Origin: Candidatus Zapsychrus exili
Lineage (GTDB): Bacteria > Omnitrophota > Gorgyraeia > Zapsychrales > Zapsychraceae
Assembly: GCA_030765585.1 (NCBI GenBank)
Contig: JAVCCJ010000121.1
Span: 7,233 to 71,232, forward strand
Length of the DNA stretch: 64,000 nt
Reading direction: 5' to 3'
The number at the start of each line of letters is the position of its first letter. Position 1 is the first letter of the stretch. The notes beneath the pieces are model-generated. The model searched no databases, had not been told where the DNA came from, and worked only from the letters and a program-made list of their open reading frames with translations. The position numbers were made by a program, and so were the translations under genes. Below are positions 9,201 through 18,305 of the stretch, in pieces.

Positions 9201-11087
9201 ATGAAAAAATACAGCATATCAAAAAAGAGCATACTTTCTATTATGTGCATGTCGTTATTATTAATGACGTGTATTGCCACATCTTTTGCTTTAGCTGAAG
9301 ATGCGGCCGAAACAAAAGAAACCATTGATACTCTGGGTATTGCCGAAATTAGCATGATAAAAGGAGAACTTGATACACTTAAAGTTTATTCTTTGACCAG
9401 AGTTTCTTTAACTGATCCGTCTGTAGCTGATATTGTTGATGCAAACGCTAACGAGATTTTACTTATCGCAAAAGAAGAGGGCCAAACAGCGCTTTTTATT
9501 TGGGATAAACATGGAAAAAGAACTCTTGCGGTAAATGTTTTTAATCAACATTTAGAAAGTATTAAAGGTAGACTTGAAGACTTGCTTGATTCTGCTGGTA
9601 TTTCTGGAATAGTGGTCGAAGTCAACAAAAAAGAAGGAAAGGTCATTGTTGTTGGAGATATAAACGAAGAGCAACAAGAACATTTTGATAAAATTATAGC
9701 ACCTTTTGACAGAGATCTTATTTTATTGACCAGAGAAGAAAAAGCCGAAGATCTTATTCAAATAGATTTGCAAATCACAGAGCTAATTACAACTTTATCT
9801 GAAACCATAGGTGTAGATTGGTCTGCAGGTGATGAAAATAGTGTTGTGTTAACATACGCAGAAAATATGCCTACTTTCAATCAAGGGGGAGTTCAGGATA
9901 TTGTAAAAGTAGGAGCTTTTAATAGAACCTCAGCTTTGCTTGCAACAGTAAATGCTCTTGTATCAGAAGGAAAAGCAAGAATACTTTCTCAACCAAAACT
10001 AGTTGTTGTTAGTGGAGAAGAAGCAAGTTTTTTAGTTGGAGGTGAGATACCAGTTAGGACAACAACTGTTAATGATGATGGTACTGCGGAAAATATAGAA
10101 TATAAAGAATATGGCATTGGTATGACAATTCAACCTACTATTAGAAAAGAGAAAATTGATATAATTCTTGATACAGAAATAAGTGATATAGACGGTTCTT
10201 CTCCTGCAGGAGCAGATGATGTTGCATTCTTAACTAGAGCAGCTCAAACACAACTTTATCTTGAAGACGGGCAAACGATTGTTATCGCTGGTTTGATTAA
10301 AAGTAATAAAAATGAAAGTAGAACTTCGGTTCCATTTTTTAGCAAAATTCCTGTTTTAGGGCTTTTGTTTAGAAGTAGATCTAATCCAGCGGCGAATCAA
10401 GATACAGAAATTGTTATATCTCTTACACCTCATATTTTAGTGGAAGAGAAGAGAAAAGAGGTTGTGGTAGATGAGATAAAAGAAATAGTTAGAAGAGAAG
10501 AAATTATTACTATAATTAATAATGTTTTAGAAGAAGAGATTGTGGAAATTGATGAAGTGGTTGAAGAGACAGAAGGAATGGAAAATGTAGCAGAGAATGC
10601 AGAAGCGGCAAATAAAGGTACTATTTATACAGAGGAAGCTACAGAATTAGAAGAAGTTGAGGCAATTATTGAGGAAGAAAAGGAAGCAGAAGAAGTTGAT
10701 TTGTTTTTTTTAGCAGACGATGATTCTGTTCCAATAGATGAAAAGCCTTATCAAGCGCCAGAAAATGATTATATTTTAGAAGGTATTCCTGAAGAGATGC
10801 AGAACTATGTAAAGGGTGTTCAGCAAGCAATTTTTGAGTCCATATCCTATCCTATCGAAGCAGAAAATTATGGCTGGGAAGGTATGGTTAAGTTAGGTAT
10901 GCTTATTTTAGACGACGGAACACTTGCTTTTGCTCTTGTTAAAGAATCTTCAGGATACGAAGTTTTTGATAACAACGCTTTAGAAACAGCTAAGAATTTA
11001 GCACCATATCCGGCATTTCCATCTGATACTGATCTTATGGAGTTAAGCGTAACAATACCTATCGTATATTCCTTAGATAGTAAATAG
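9201..11087 (+). CDS. cpaC: Tad secretin CpaC/RcpA with acidic linker and C-terminal TonB_C domain
   Basis: Signal peptide, secretin motifs (ARILSQPKL, SGEEASFLVGGEIP, GQTIVIAGL, VPFFSKIPVLGLLFRS) and a TonB_C-like C-terminus (YPIEA...GWEGMV...SSGYEVFDNNAL...PYPAFP...IPIVY). Confidence 0.85.
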   Translation: MKKYSISKKSILSIMCMSLLLMTCIATSFALAEDAAETKETIDTLGIAEISMIKGELDTLKVYSLTRVSLTDPSVADIVDANANEILLIAKEEGQTALFIWDKHGKRTLAVNVFNQHLESIKGRLEDLLDSAGISGIVVEVNKKEGKVIVVGDINEEQQEHFDKIIAPFDRDLILLTREEKAEDLIQIDLQITELITTLSETIGVDWSAGDENSVVLTYAENMPTFNQGGVQDIVKVGAFNRTSALLATVNALVSEGKARILSQPKLVVVSGEEASFLVGGEIPVRTTTVNDDGTAENIEYKEYGIGMTIQPTIRKEKIDIILDTEISDIDGSSPAGADDVAFLTRAAQTQLYLEDGQTIVIAGLIKSNKNESRTSVPFFSKIPVLGLLFRSRSNPAANQDTEIVISLTPHILVEEKRKEVVVDEIKEIVRREEIITIINNVLEEEIVEIDEVVEETEGMENVAENAEAANKGTIYTEEATELEEVEAIIEEEKEAEEVDLFFLADDDSVPIDEKPYQAPENDYILEGIPEEMQNYVKGVQQAIFESISYPIEAENYGWEGMVKLGMLILDDGTLAFALVKESSGYEVFDNNALETAKNLAPYPAFPSDTDLMELSVTIPIVYSLDSK

Positions 11088-11114
11088 CAAATTTTAATAA
11101 AGAAATTTTAGTTT

Positions 11115-13274
11115 ATGAGCTGTAAAACAATTACTATCTTTAGTAACAAAGGTGGCGTAGGAAAAACTTTTGTTACTATTAATTTAGCTACCGCACTTGC
11201 ATCCGCAGGTAAAAAGACACTTGTCATCGATTTAGATTTTCAAGCAGGCCAAGATATGGCAAGAATGCTTAATTTATCTCCTAGAGGGTCTGTTGCTGAC
11301 TCTTTGTCTAACATAGAAAGCGCAGAGAATCCTGATGTAATAAAAGAATACGTAGCACAACATAAGTCAGGCTTGCACTTTATTCCTGCCGTTAAGAATA
11401 CCAAACAAATAGGTCATGTTACCCCAGACAATATTAAGCTTTTTATGAAGAAAGTAGCTAAGGTATATGATTATATTTTAGTTGATGCCGGTAGATCATT
11501 TAATGAAACTCTTGTAACAGTATTTGATTATTCTAATCTTATATTGCTTGTTGCTACTCCAGATGTTTTGGCAGTTTATCAGGTAAAGTGGTGTTTAGAT
11601 ATTTTGCAAAATCTACAGTTTCCTGCAAATATGATAAAGCTTATATTAAATAGATCTGAGAGCAAAGGCTCTGTGGCGTGGCAAGAAATAAGGACTGCCT
11701 TGCCTTGTGAAATCTTTAGTCATATTCCTTCTGACGGCAAAATAGTTGGTACTGCGATGAATAGAGGTGTTCCATGTGTTTTAGATAGCCCTAAATCTAA
11801 GGTTGCGGAAGCGTTTGTTAAGATGACACATATGCTAAGTCGAGAAGATATTTTTGTTGATGTAGCTGATACTGATAAGATTCGATCAACAGAAGGATTT
11901 GTGAAACCTGGTCAATTTTGGGAGAAGTTTGGGATATTTAAACAAAGCGGGCAAACAGAAAATGTTCTCGGCACTGTAGAAGATGAATTTGCTAATTTAA
12001 AACAAAAAATACATGAAAAACTTATTGAAAGACTTAACTTAGAAGGCATTACTCTTGAGAATTTGAATGATCAGCAGACAATAGAAAAAGTTAAAAAGTC
12101 TTCAGAAGATATTGTAAGAGATTTGTTGGCAGAAGAAATGGGTGGTAATATTTCTTCTCATGAAGAGCGAGCCAGAATAATTAAAGATATTGTAAACGAG
12201 GCTCTTGGATTAGGTCCCTTGGAAGATCTTCTCGCTGATCCGGACGTAACTGACATTATGGTTAATAGTAAAAATGAAATTTATGCTGAAAAGAACGGAA
12301 AAATAATATTAACTAATAAAACTTTTGTGTCAGATTCAAAGATGAGGGCGATTATTGATAGAATTATTGCTCCTTTAGGAAGACGTATTGACGAATCAAC
12401 ACCTATGGTTGATGCGCGACTTCCGGATGGTTCAAGAATTAATGCTATTATCCCACCTTTAGCATTAAACGGACCAATGATTACTATTAGAAAATTTGGA
12501 CAAGAAAGACTTACTATCGCAGATTTGCTTACTATGCATAAAAGTATTACACCTGAGATATCGTCTTTTTTGCAGGCTGCTGTTGTTGCGCGTAAAAATA
12601 TTATTGTCTCCGGAGGAACAGGTGCTGGTAAAACAACACTTTTAAATGTACTTTCTGAGTTTATTCCCGACGGAGAGCGTATTATTACAATAGAAGATGC
12701 TGCTGAGCTTAGACTCAAGAAAACTCATTGTGGAAGGCTTGAATCTAGACCAGCAAACGTTGAAGGAAAAGGAAAAATAACGATAAGAGATTTATTTGTT
12801 AATTGTCTTCGTATGCGTCCAGATAGAATTGTTATTGGTGAGTGTCGTGGTGGAGAGGTATTAGATATGCTTCAGGCAATGAATACAGGACACGATGGAT
12901 CCCTTACAACAATTCATGCTAATTCTACGAGAGATGTTTTGACGCGTCTTCACTCTTTGATTTTATTAAGTGGTATTGAACTTCCAGTTCGTGCAATAAA
13001 CGAGATGGTAGCCTCTGCAATAGATTTGATTGTCCACATAAGCCGTTATTCTGATGGTACAAGAAAAGTAACAGGAGTGTCTGAGGTAATTGGGATAGAT
13101 GATGAATTCCAAATAATTTTAAATGATGTTTTTATCTTTAATCAGCAAGGTATTGATGAGAATGGCAATATTATTGGAAATTATGAAGCCACTGGATATG
13201 TTCCTGAATGTTACGAAGATTTTTCAACGCGCGGTATTAAGATTGATAAAGCAATATTTAATAAACCAAAATAA
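11115..13274 (+). CDS. cpaF: CpaE/TadZ (MinD/ParA-like) fused to CpaF/TadA pilus ATPase
   Basis: N-terminal deviant Walker A SNKGGVGKT. C-terminal LGPLEDLLADPDVTDIMVN, DESTPMVDARLPDGSR, SGGTGAGKTT, RMRPDRIVIGECRG and MNTGHDGS. Confidence 0.9.
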   Translation: MSCKTITIFSNKGGVGKTFVTINLATALASAGKKTLVIDLDFQAGQDMARMLNLSPRGSVADSLSNIESAENPDVIKEYVAQHKSGLHFIPAVKNTKQIGHVTPDNIKLFMKKVAKVYDYILVDAGRSFNETLVTVFDYSNLILLVATPDVLAVYQVKWCLDILQNLQFPANMIKLILNRSESKGSVAWQEIRTALPCEIFSHIPSDGKIVGTAMNRGVPCVLDSPKSKVAEAFVKMTHMLSREDIFVDVADTDKIRSTEGFVKPGQFWEKFGIFKQSGQTENVLGTVEDEFANLKQKIHEKLIERLNLEGITLENLNDQQTIEKVKKSSEDIVRDLLAEEMGGNISSHEERARIIKDIVNEALGLGPLEDLLADPDVTDIMVNSKNEIYAEKNGKIILTNKTFVSDSKMRAIIDRIIAPLGRRIDESTPMVDARLPDGSRINAIIPPLALNGPMITIRKFGQERLTIADLLTMHKSITPEISSFLQAAVVARKNIIVSGGTGAGKTTLLNVLSEFIPDGERIITIEDAAELRLKKTHCGRLESRPANVEGKGKITIRDLFVNCLRMRPDRIVIGECRGGEVLDMLQAMNTGHDGSLTTIHANSTRDVLTRLHSLILLSGIELPVRAINEMVASAIDLIVHISRYSDGTRKVTGVSEVIGIDDEFQIILNDVFIFNQQGIDENGNIIGNYEATGYVPECYEDFSTRGIKIDKAIFNKPK

Positions 13275-13305
13275 ATCCCACCATAAATAAGTTGTAATCC
13301 TTCGT

Positions 13306-13647
13306 ATGCAAATTATAAATATAACAAATAATACCACAATTGCAACTGATGTTGTCGTTGCCGATACTTTTAAAACTCGAGCAATAGGCCTTTTAAATAG
13401 AGAGGGCATTAATGATGGCGAGGCTCTTGTGATCACAAGATGCCAGTCAATACATATGTTTTTTATGAAATTTGCTATTGATGTAATTTTTGCAGATAAA
13501 AATAATCGTGTTGTTGGGCTAGTTAAAACGATAAAACCTTTTTGTTTGAGCCCTCTATTCTTTAAAGCAAATTATGCTGTTGAGCTTTCATCTGGCACAA
13601 TACTTGCCACAAATACCTCTATTGGAGATCAAATAGAGCTAGCGTAA
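13306..13647 (+). CDS. DUF192 family protein
   Basis: ADTF..RAIGLL, SIHMFFMKFAIDVIF, YAVEL..G and GDQI. Confidence 0.85.
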   Translation: MQIINITNNTTIATDVVVADTFKTRAIGLLNREGINDGEALVITRCQSIHMFFMKFAIDVIFADKNNRVVGLVKTIKPFCLSPLFFKANYAVELSSGTILATNTSIGDQIELA

Positions 13648-13667
13648 CCAAAGCCCCTACCTTTTTA

Positions 13668-13695
13668 TTGACCACAAACATACCTATGTTATACT
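13668..13695 (+). promoter_or_regulatory. Putative sigma70 promoter
   Basis: TTGACC-16 nt-TATACT with extended TG. Confidence 0.5.
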
Positions 13696-13790
13696 ACAAG
13701 TAAGAAATGTCCAATCTGAATGAGCGCATAATTTACGCGACTAAAAGAAGCGCCAATTGCAGTGTGAATTTCTACTTGTTGGTAGACAGG

Positions 13791-13880
13791 CATCCCTGCG
13801 AAGGTACGTAAAGTCCCGTTGGGACCACGTCCCTTTACGGGCAGGGATCTAAATGGACTCCCGCCTACGCGGGAATGACA
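13791..13880. repeat. REP/RPE-like palindromic element (compound hairpins)
   Basis: ATCCCTGC...GCAGGGAT encloses CGTAAAG/CTTTACG and GTCCC/GGGAC stems, followed by TCCCGC-CTAC-GCGGGA-ATGAC. It is a GC-rich island in AT-rich DNA. Confidence 0.7.
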
Positions 13881-13922
13881 TTTGATACATTATAAAATTC
13901 AAACATAAGCGAAAGTTCATAT

Positions 13923-15905
13923 ATGGGAGTAATTTACAAGTTTAAACAAGAAGTAATTGATTTTATATTAAGTCAAAAGAAAGAAAACTCTGTGCTTAGT
14001 TGTCGTAAGCTTGCGGATATTGTGTCAAAGAAGTTTAGCTTGGTTGTATCAAAGTCTTCTATAAATACTATTCTTAAAAAAGCTCAATTAAGTAGTTCTG
14101 TTGGAAGAAGAGCTACAAAAAGTGAAAAAGGATTTAAAATTCCTGAAGCAAAGAAAATGCAAATTCAGGAGAATTTAAGGCAGGTTGGTCTTGATTTGTC
14201 TGGAAAAGATCAAAAAGATGAAAAAATGGTACAGTCTTCAGCTTTAGAATCTGATCAAGTTAAAATATTAGATAGCGAGCGTTTGGCAGCTAGTATTGAA
14301 TCTTTAATACAGGAGCCATCTGAAGAATCGCAAGAGTCTGTTATTTCTCATCAGCCTGAACCCGAGTTGGATAATGATTTAGAAGCAAAAGAAGAATTTA
14401 TTAGTCTTCAAAAAGATATTTTTGAGCAAGATATTGAGAAAGTAGAGTCACATCAGGAGAAGGAAGTAATAGAAGAAATAGATGAAGATGTTGATATTGG
14501 AGATGTTGAAAGAAAATATAATGATTTTCTTGATTATGTGGGTCATCTGCGTTCGCAAAAGAAATCATTGTCTTTCTTGAGTCGTTTTGAAGGAATGGGT
14601 GCGATTTTCTTGAAAATATTGCAATGGGAATTTGATAGTGAGGCATTTTTCAGAGATTTTCTTAAAAATAAGATAAATGGAGTGCTTTTAGACGGATTTG
14701 AAAAAGTATGCGATGCTTTTCTTTGTTTTAAACTTTTAGGGATAGATGGGCTAGAGCATATTGATAAGTATAAACATTATGCTTTGCCAGTTTTAGGTGA
14801 TTATGGAGAAGAATTCTCAAGGTTGATAGAAAATAAAGAAGATCTTGAAAATGTTTTGGTCAATTTTTCTGATGATAAATTTTTGCAAAATATAAAAGGA
14901 GAATATGTAAGAGAAAAAGAACAGCTGTTTTTAAAAGTTCGAGGATTTAAAATAATTTTTGAAGATGCAGAATCTTTGTTTATTGATGCTGGGCTTAAAT
15001 CGTTTTATAAAAATATACCACCAGAGAGACTGGCATGTTCTTTTAAAAAATCTTTTAGTTGTCTTTCAAGAAGTTTTGTAAGTAATAATTATCCAGCGGT
15101 GTTTTATCATATTGATGACGAGACACAAGAATTAGTTAGCCTAGTGAACATTGTAGATATTTTAGAGAATTTAAGCTTAAAAGTAATAAAAGAAATAGAG
15201 ATGTTGGGTTTAGATGGCGAGAATTTATCAACGTTTTCAATAATACCTAATATTAAGCGCAAGATAATTTTTGGGCTAAACGCTTCTTGTCAGGCAGTAA
15301 AGATACAGTTGCAGCAGCTGGATTCTTCCTTAACAAAACCTTTTTATCATGAACAAGCAGACAAAATTTATTATTACTGTGAAGATACTATTATTTCTTC
15401 TGAAGATAAAAACGGCAAGCAAACAGATTTAAAATTGATAGCACTTTGTTCTGATAAGACTAAAGATTTTGAACTTGTTATTGTTACAAATATGGTTTCA
15501 TCTGTGGCTTTTGATATAATTTCTGCTTATTTTGACAGAATTCCATATTTGCCAAGTTCTTTTTCTGTTTGTGATGCAATAGATTGTGATAATGCTTTTG
15601 ACAATGTAGACGTTTTAAGTGTTTTGGATGTCATAAATGACCTTAAAAGTGTGTTTGATAATTGTTTCCAGCGTTATCTCTTTGGAGCTGGGATATCTTC
15701 TGATAATGTAAGTGACTTTAAGGCAAAGCTTTATGAACTTCCAGGCTATTTGCAAAAGGATAATGAGCTTCTAAAGGTTATTTTAGATGCATCTGAAGAC
15801 TTTCCTTATTTTAAGGAATTGCAGAATATTGTTAAGGTTGTAAATAGTCAAAATATTTTAGATAAAGAAAATCGTAAGATTTTCATTGAAATTGCTCCTT
15901 CTTGA
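13923..15905 (+). CDS. Hypothetical protein: N-terminal HTH, acidic linker, possible degenerate transposase-like C-terminal region
   Basis: LSCRKLADIVSKKFSLVVSKSSINTILKK resembles IS-type HTH domains. LVIVTNM...DIISAYFDR resembles the TN...Y-x-x-R region of IS4-superfamily transposases but lacks the downstream Glu. Confidence 0.45.
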   Translation: MGVIYKFKQEVIDFILSQKKENSVLSCRKLADIVSKKFSLVVSKSSINTILKKAQLSSSVGRRATKSEKGFKIPEAKKMQIQENLRQVGLDLSGKDQKDEKMVQSSALESDQVKILDSERLAASIESLIQEPSEESQESVISHQPEPELDNDLEAKEEFISLQKDIFEQDIEKVESHQEKEVIEEIDEDVDIGDVERKYNDFLDYVGHLRSQKKSLSFLSRFEGMGAIFLKILQWEFDSEAFFRDFLKNKINGVLLDGFEKVCDAFLCFKLLGIDGLEHIDKYKHYALPVLGDYGEEFSRLIENKEDLENVLVNFSDDKFLQNIKGEYVREKEQLFLKVRGFKIIFEDAESLFIDAGLKSFYKNIPPERLACSFKKSFSCLSRSFVSNNYPAVFYHIDDETQELVSLVNIVDILENLSLKVIKEIEMLGLDGENLSTFSIIPNIKRKIIFGLNASCQAVKIQLQQLDSSLTKPFYHEQADKIYYYCEDTIISSEDKNGKQTDLKLIALCSDKTKDFELVIVTNMVSSVAFDIISAYFDRIPYLPSSFSVCDAIDCDNAFDNVDVLSVLDVINDLKSVFDNCFQRYLFGAGISSDNVSDFKAKLYELPGYLQKDNELLKVILDASEDFPYFKELQNIVKVVNSQNILDKENRKIFIEIAPS

Positions 15906-15982
15906 TAGACTTTGTAATTTATTGTAGCGTTTTTCGCTAACTTGCCTAAAGGAAGCGTTATTCATATTTCCTCCGATGCTTC

Positions 15983-16010
15983 TTGACGATACTTATACAT
16001 ATGATATACT
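15983..16010 (+). promoter_or_regulatory. Putative sigma70 promoter upstream of pilin cluster
   Basis: TTGACG-16 nt-TATACT with extended TG. Confidence 0.5.
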
Positions 16011-16082
16011 TTATAGTACTAAGGGTTTTGTGCTTAGTTTTGATAAAAACGCTTAAAATAGTATTTGAGGCGTTTTGGTTAT

Positions 16083-16110
16083 TTGACATGTTATATTTAT
16101 ATGTTATATT
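16083..16110 (+). promoter_or_regulatory. Second putative sigma70 promoter upstream of pilin cluster
   Basis: TTGACA-16 nt-TATATT with extended TG, overlapping a tandem ATGTTATATTTAT repeat. Confidence 0.5.
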
Positions 16111-16294
16111 TATTGGATAAAATGCCTAAAATTAGGCTTTTAATTCTTCAAAAATTTAAGAGGATATGAAATATCCTGATTTTTGAAGAGATTCTGAATA
16201 ATCAGAATCATACAGCCCCTTTTGCATAGGAGAAGAAGACGTTAAAGGAAGAGTGGGGGCAAGGTCATTTGTAGCAACAGATAGGTAAACCGCG

Positions 16295-16459
16295 ATGATG
16301 CATTTAATAAAAACAAAAGGAAACAAGGGTCAACACTTAATAGAATATGCCATGGTCGCGGCTATTGTAGCAGCAGCAGTGGTCGCTATGAGTACCTATG
16401 TGTTTAGGTCAGTTCAGTCTACGCAACAAATGATTCATAAAGAGTCTAGAAACGAATAA
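16295..16459 (+). CDS. flp: Flp-type prepilin, 54 aa (not in ORF track)
   Basis: Translated by hand: MMHLIKTKGNKG|QHLIEYAMVAAIVAAAVVAMSTYVFRSVQSTQQMIHKESRNE*. It has the G|QxxxEY Flp motif and a hydrophobic helix. Confidence 0.85.
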   Translation: MMHLIKTKGNKGQHLIEYAMVAAIVAAAVVAMSTYVFRSVQSTQQMIHKESRNE

Positions 16460-16517
16460 CAAGAAGTTAGAACAAAAGTAAAATAGAATTGATAACCTTT
16501 TAAGGAGGTCATAAGCG

Positions 16518-16739
16518 ATGTTAAAAAGAAATAAATTAAAAGTACAAACAAAGAAAAAAGGACAAAGCACGGTTGAATATATTATTTTAGTTGCTGGTGT
16601 TTTAGCAGCTTTAATTGTATTTCTACGACCAGGTGGTCCATTTAATAATGCATTAGACTCAACTTTAAATTCACAATTAAGCGAAATGAACACTATGTCT
16701 AGTAGATTAGCGGATTCTCATAATCCAGACGTAAGATGA
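16518..16739 (+). CDS. flp: Flp-type prepilin
   Basis: Basic leader, KKG|QSTVEY, hydrophobic helix and AGGAGG RBS. Confidence 0.85.
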   Translation: MLKRNKLKVQTKKKGQSTVEYIILVAGVLAALIVFLRPGGPFNNALDSTLNSQLSEMNTMSSRLADSHNPDVR

Positions 16740-16781
16740 CGAACGCTATGTTTAGTAGATTAGCGGATTCTCATAATCCAG
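16688..16781 (+). repeat. 41-bp direct repeat (39/41 identical) of the pilin 3' end
   Basis: 16688-16728 GAACACTATGTCTAGTAGATTAGCGGATTCTCATAATCCAG versus 16741-16781 GAACGCTATGTTTAGTAGATTAGCGGATTCTCATAATCCAG. Confidence 0.9.
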
Positions 16782-16873
16782 GCTAATCTAGGCGTATAGT
16801 TTTTTTTGTAGTAGAATTAATTGTAGAATTTAATCAGTTGAAAGTTAAATTTTATTTTAGGAGGATTAAACAA

Positions 16874-17245
16874 ATGTTAAGAAAATTAATTAAAAATAAG
16901 AAAGCTCAGAATACTGCAGAATACGCTATTTTGATATCTCTTGTTGTAGCTGGTATTGTTGCTATGCAGACGTATGCGCAACGTGCTCTTCAAGCAAGAG
17001 TTTATTCAGCATCTGAGTTGTTATCAACTTCTGCAAATAGTACAGAGGCCGCAGGTTGGTCTTTAGGCGAAGAAAAACAATATGAACCTTATTATCTTAA
17101 TCAAAGTTATGATGTTACATCAGAAGATCAAGAACGCCGTAGTCTAGGAAATCAAGATGTTTCCATGGATACAGCTTCTAATAGAACTAGACAAACAGGT
17201 GGCTATCAAAATACGATGTGGAATGCAGACGACCACATGAACTAA
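16874..17245 (+). CDS. Long Flp-like prepilin
   Basis: ATG 16874 after AGGAGG. KKA|QNTAEY, hydrophobic helix, RALQAR and QYEPYY. Confidence 0.85.
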   Translation: MLRKLIKNKKAQNTAEYAILISLVVAGIVAMQTYAQRALQARVYSASELLSTSANSTEAAGWSLGEEKQYEPYYLNQSYDVTSEDQERRSLGNQDVSMDTASNRTRQTGGYQNTMWNADDHMN

Positions 17246-17296
17246 GAGTTTAGTTTAAGTACTAAGGTTTAAACTTTATTTAGGAGGATATAAAAG

Positions 17297-17632
17297 ATGT
17301 TAAAATATTTAAATAAAAGACGTAAAAAAGGACAAAGCACACTAGAATATGCTGTTTTAATTATTATTATTATTGGTGCTCTGCTGTCTATTCAGGTTTA
17401 CATTAAAAGAGGTATTCAGGGTCGTCTTAAAAGTGCAACAGATGACATCGGCGATCAATTCTCGCCAGGTAATACAAATGTTAAAGCTTATACTAGAACT
17501 GAGTCCAGGACAATAGAGACTAATGATAAAGGAGCAGCAAGTTCTGTTCTGAGGGAAGATGAGTTAACAGTTTCTAATATGGTTTCCAATGTTATTGATG
17601 TTGAACAAGAATATTGGGGTGGACCAGAGTAG
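17297..17632 (+). CDS. Long Flp-like prepilin
   Basis: AGGAGG RBS. KKG|QSTLEY, RGIQGR and DQFSP. Confidence 0.85.
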   Translation: MLKYLNKRRKKGQSTLEYAVLIIIIIGALLSIQVYIKRGIQGRLKSATDDIGDQFSPGNTNVKAYTRTESRTIETNDKGAASSVLREDELTVSNMVSNVIDVEQEYWGGPE

Positions 17633-17660
17633 AGATTAGATGTATTTGTATTTAAATATA

Positions 17661-17696
17661 AAAGGGGGCATGTTTTTACAACGTGTCCTCTTTTTT
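17661..17696 (+). terminator. Intrinsic terminator after the first four pilins
   Basis: AAAGGGGGCATGTT-TTTAC-AACGTGTCCTC followed by TTTTTT. Confidence 0.7.
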
Positions 17697-17854
17697 GTGT
17701 TTGAATCTATTAGGCGCGGTCTCATCTGGGGCGTTGGGTAGCTACTGTCGCCAAGTATATTTCTTGTATGTGTTATTGTCTTTATAAAAAACATAGTGTA
17801 TACTTAATATACGAATATTAGTATTAATTTTTATTAGTAAGGTAAAATAATATT

Positions 17855-18289
17855 ATGTTAAGACTGTTTAAAGAAAAAAAAGCACAGACCAGCATAGGCG
17901 AATATGCTCTAACTTTCTTTTTGGTCATTGGAGCTATAGCTACAATGACTATTTTTGTTAGAAGAGCCATTCAAGCAAGAATTTATTCAGCACATAAAAT
18001 AATAGCTGATACTGTTGAAACTCGTGCCGCAGGATACAAAATGGCAGGAAATGTTTTTGTTGAATATGAGCCTTATTATACGAACACAGTTATGCAGAGA
18101 AGCATGAGCGCGTCTGCCAATGCTGAGCTTATGTCAAGTGGCGTAGGAACGTCGGGAATTTTTACGAAAGAGTCGTCAGAAGAATCGACTGTTGATAGTA
18201 CAAGCGGTGTAGCAGCGCCTAGCGGAGAGTCAGGTGCGGCTAGAGTGATAGGAGACAATGCAAGCGTACCGCCGCCCAATGGTGATTAA
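17855..18289 (+). CDS. Long Flp-like prepilin
   Basis: KKA|QTSIGEY (one extra residue before EY), RAIQAR and EYEPYY. Confidence 0.8.
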   Translation: MLRLFKEKKAQTSIGEYALTFFLVIGAIATMTIFVRRAIQARIYSAHKIIADTVETRAAGYKMAGNVFVEYEPYYTNTVMQRSMSASANAELMSSGVGTSGIFTKESSEESTVDSTSGVAAPSGESGAARVIGDNASVPPPNGD

Positions 18290-18305
18290 GAATAGGTAAA
18301 GAATT

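Noticed and set aside
13767-13787. AATTTCTAC-TTGTTG-GTAGAC resembles the Cas12a crRNA repeat handle
   Set aside because: Single copy, longer loop, no spacers and no cas genes. It overlaps a GGTAG(A/G)CAGG palindrome-family end and is likely coincidental.
16688-16781. Pilin 3' repeat as a DGR template/variable pair or CRISPR
   Set aside because: Only two copies, the two mismatches (A/G, C/T) are not adenine-specific, and no reverse transcriptase is in the window.
16838-16873. TTG start for the third pilin given in the ORF track
   Set aside because: ATG 16874 has an AGGAGG RBS and gives a leader like its paralogues. Starts at 2711, 20748 and 28010 were moved on similar RBS/overlap grounds.
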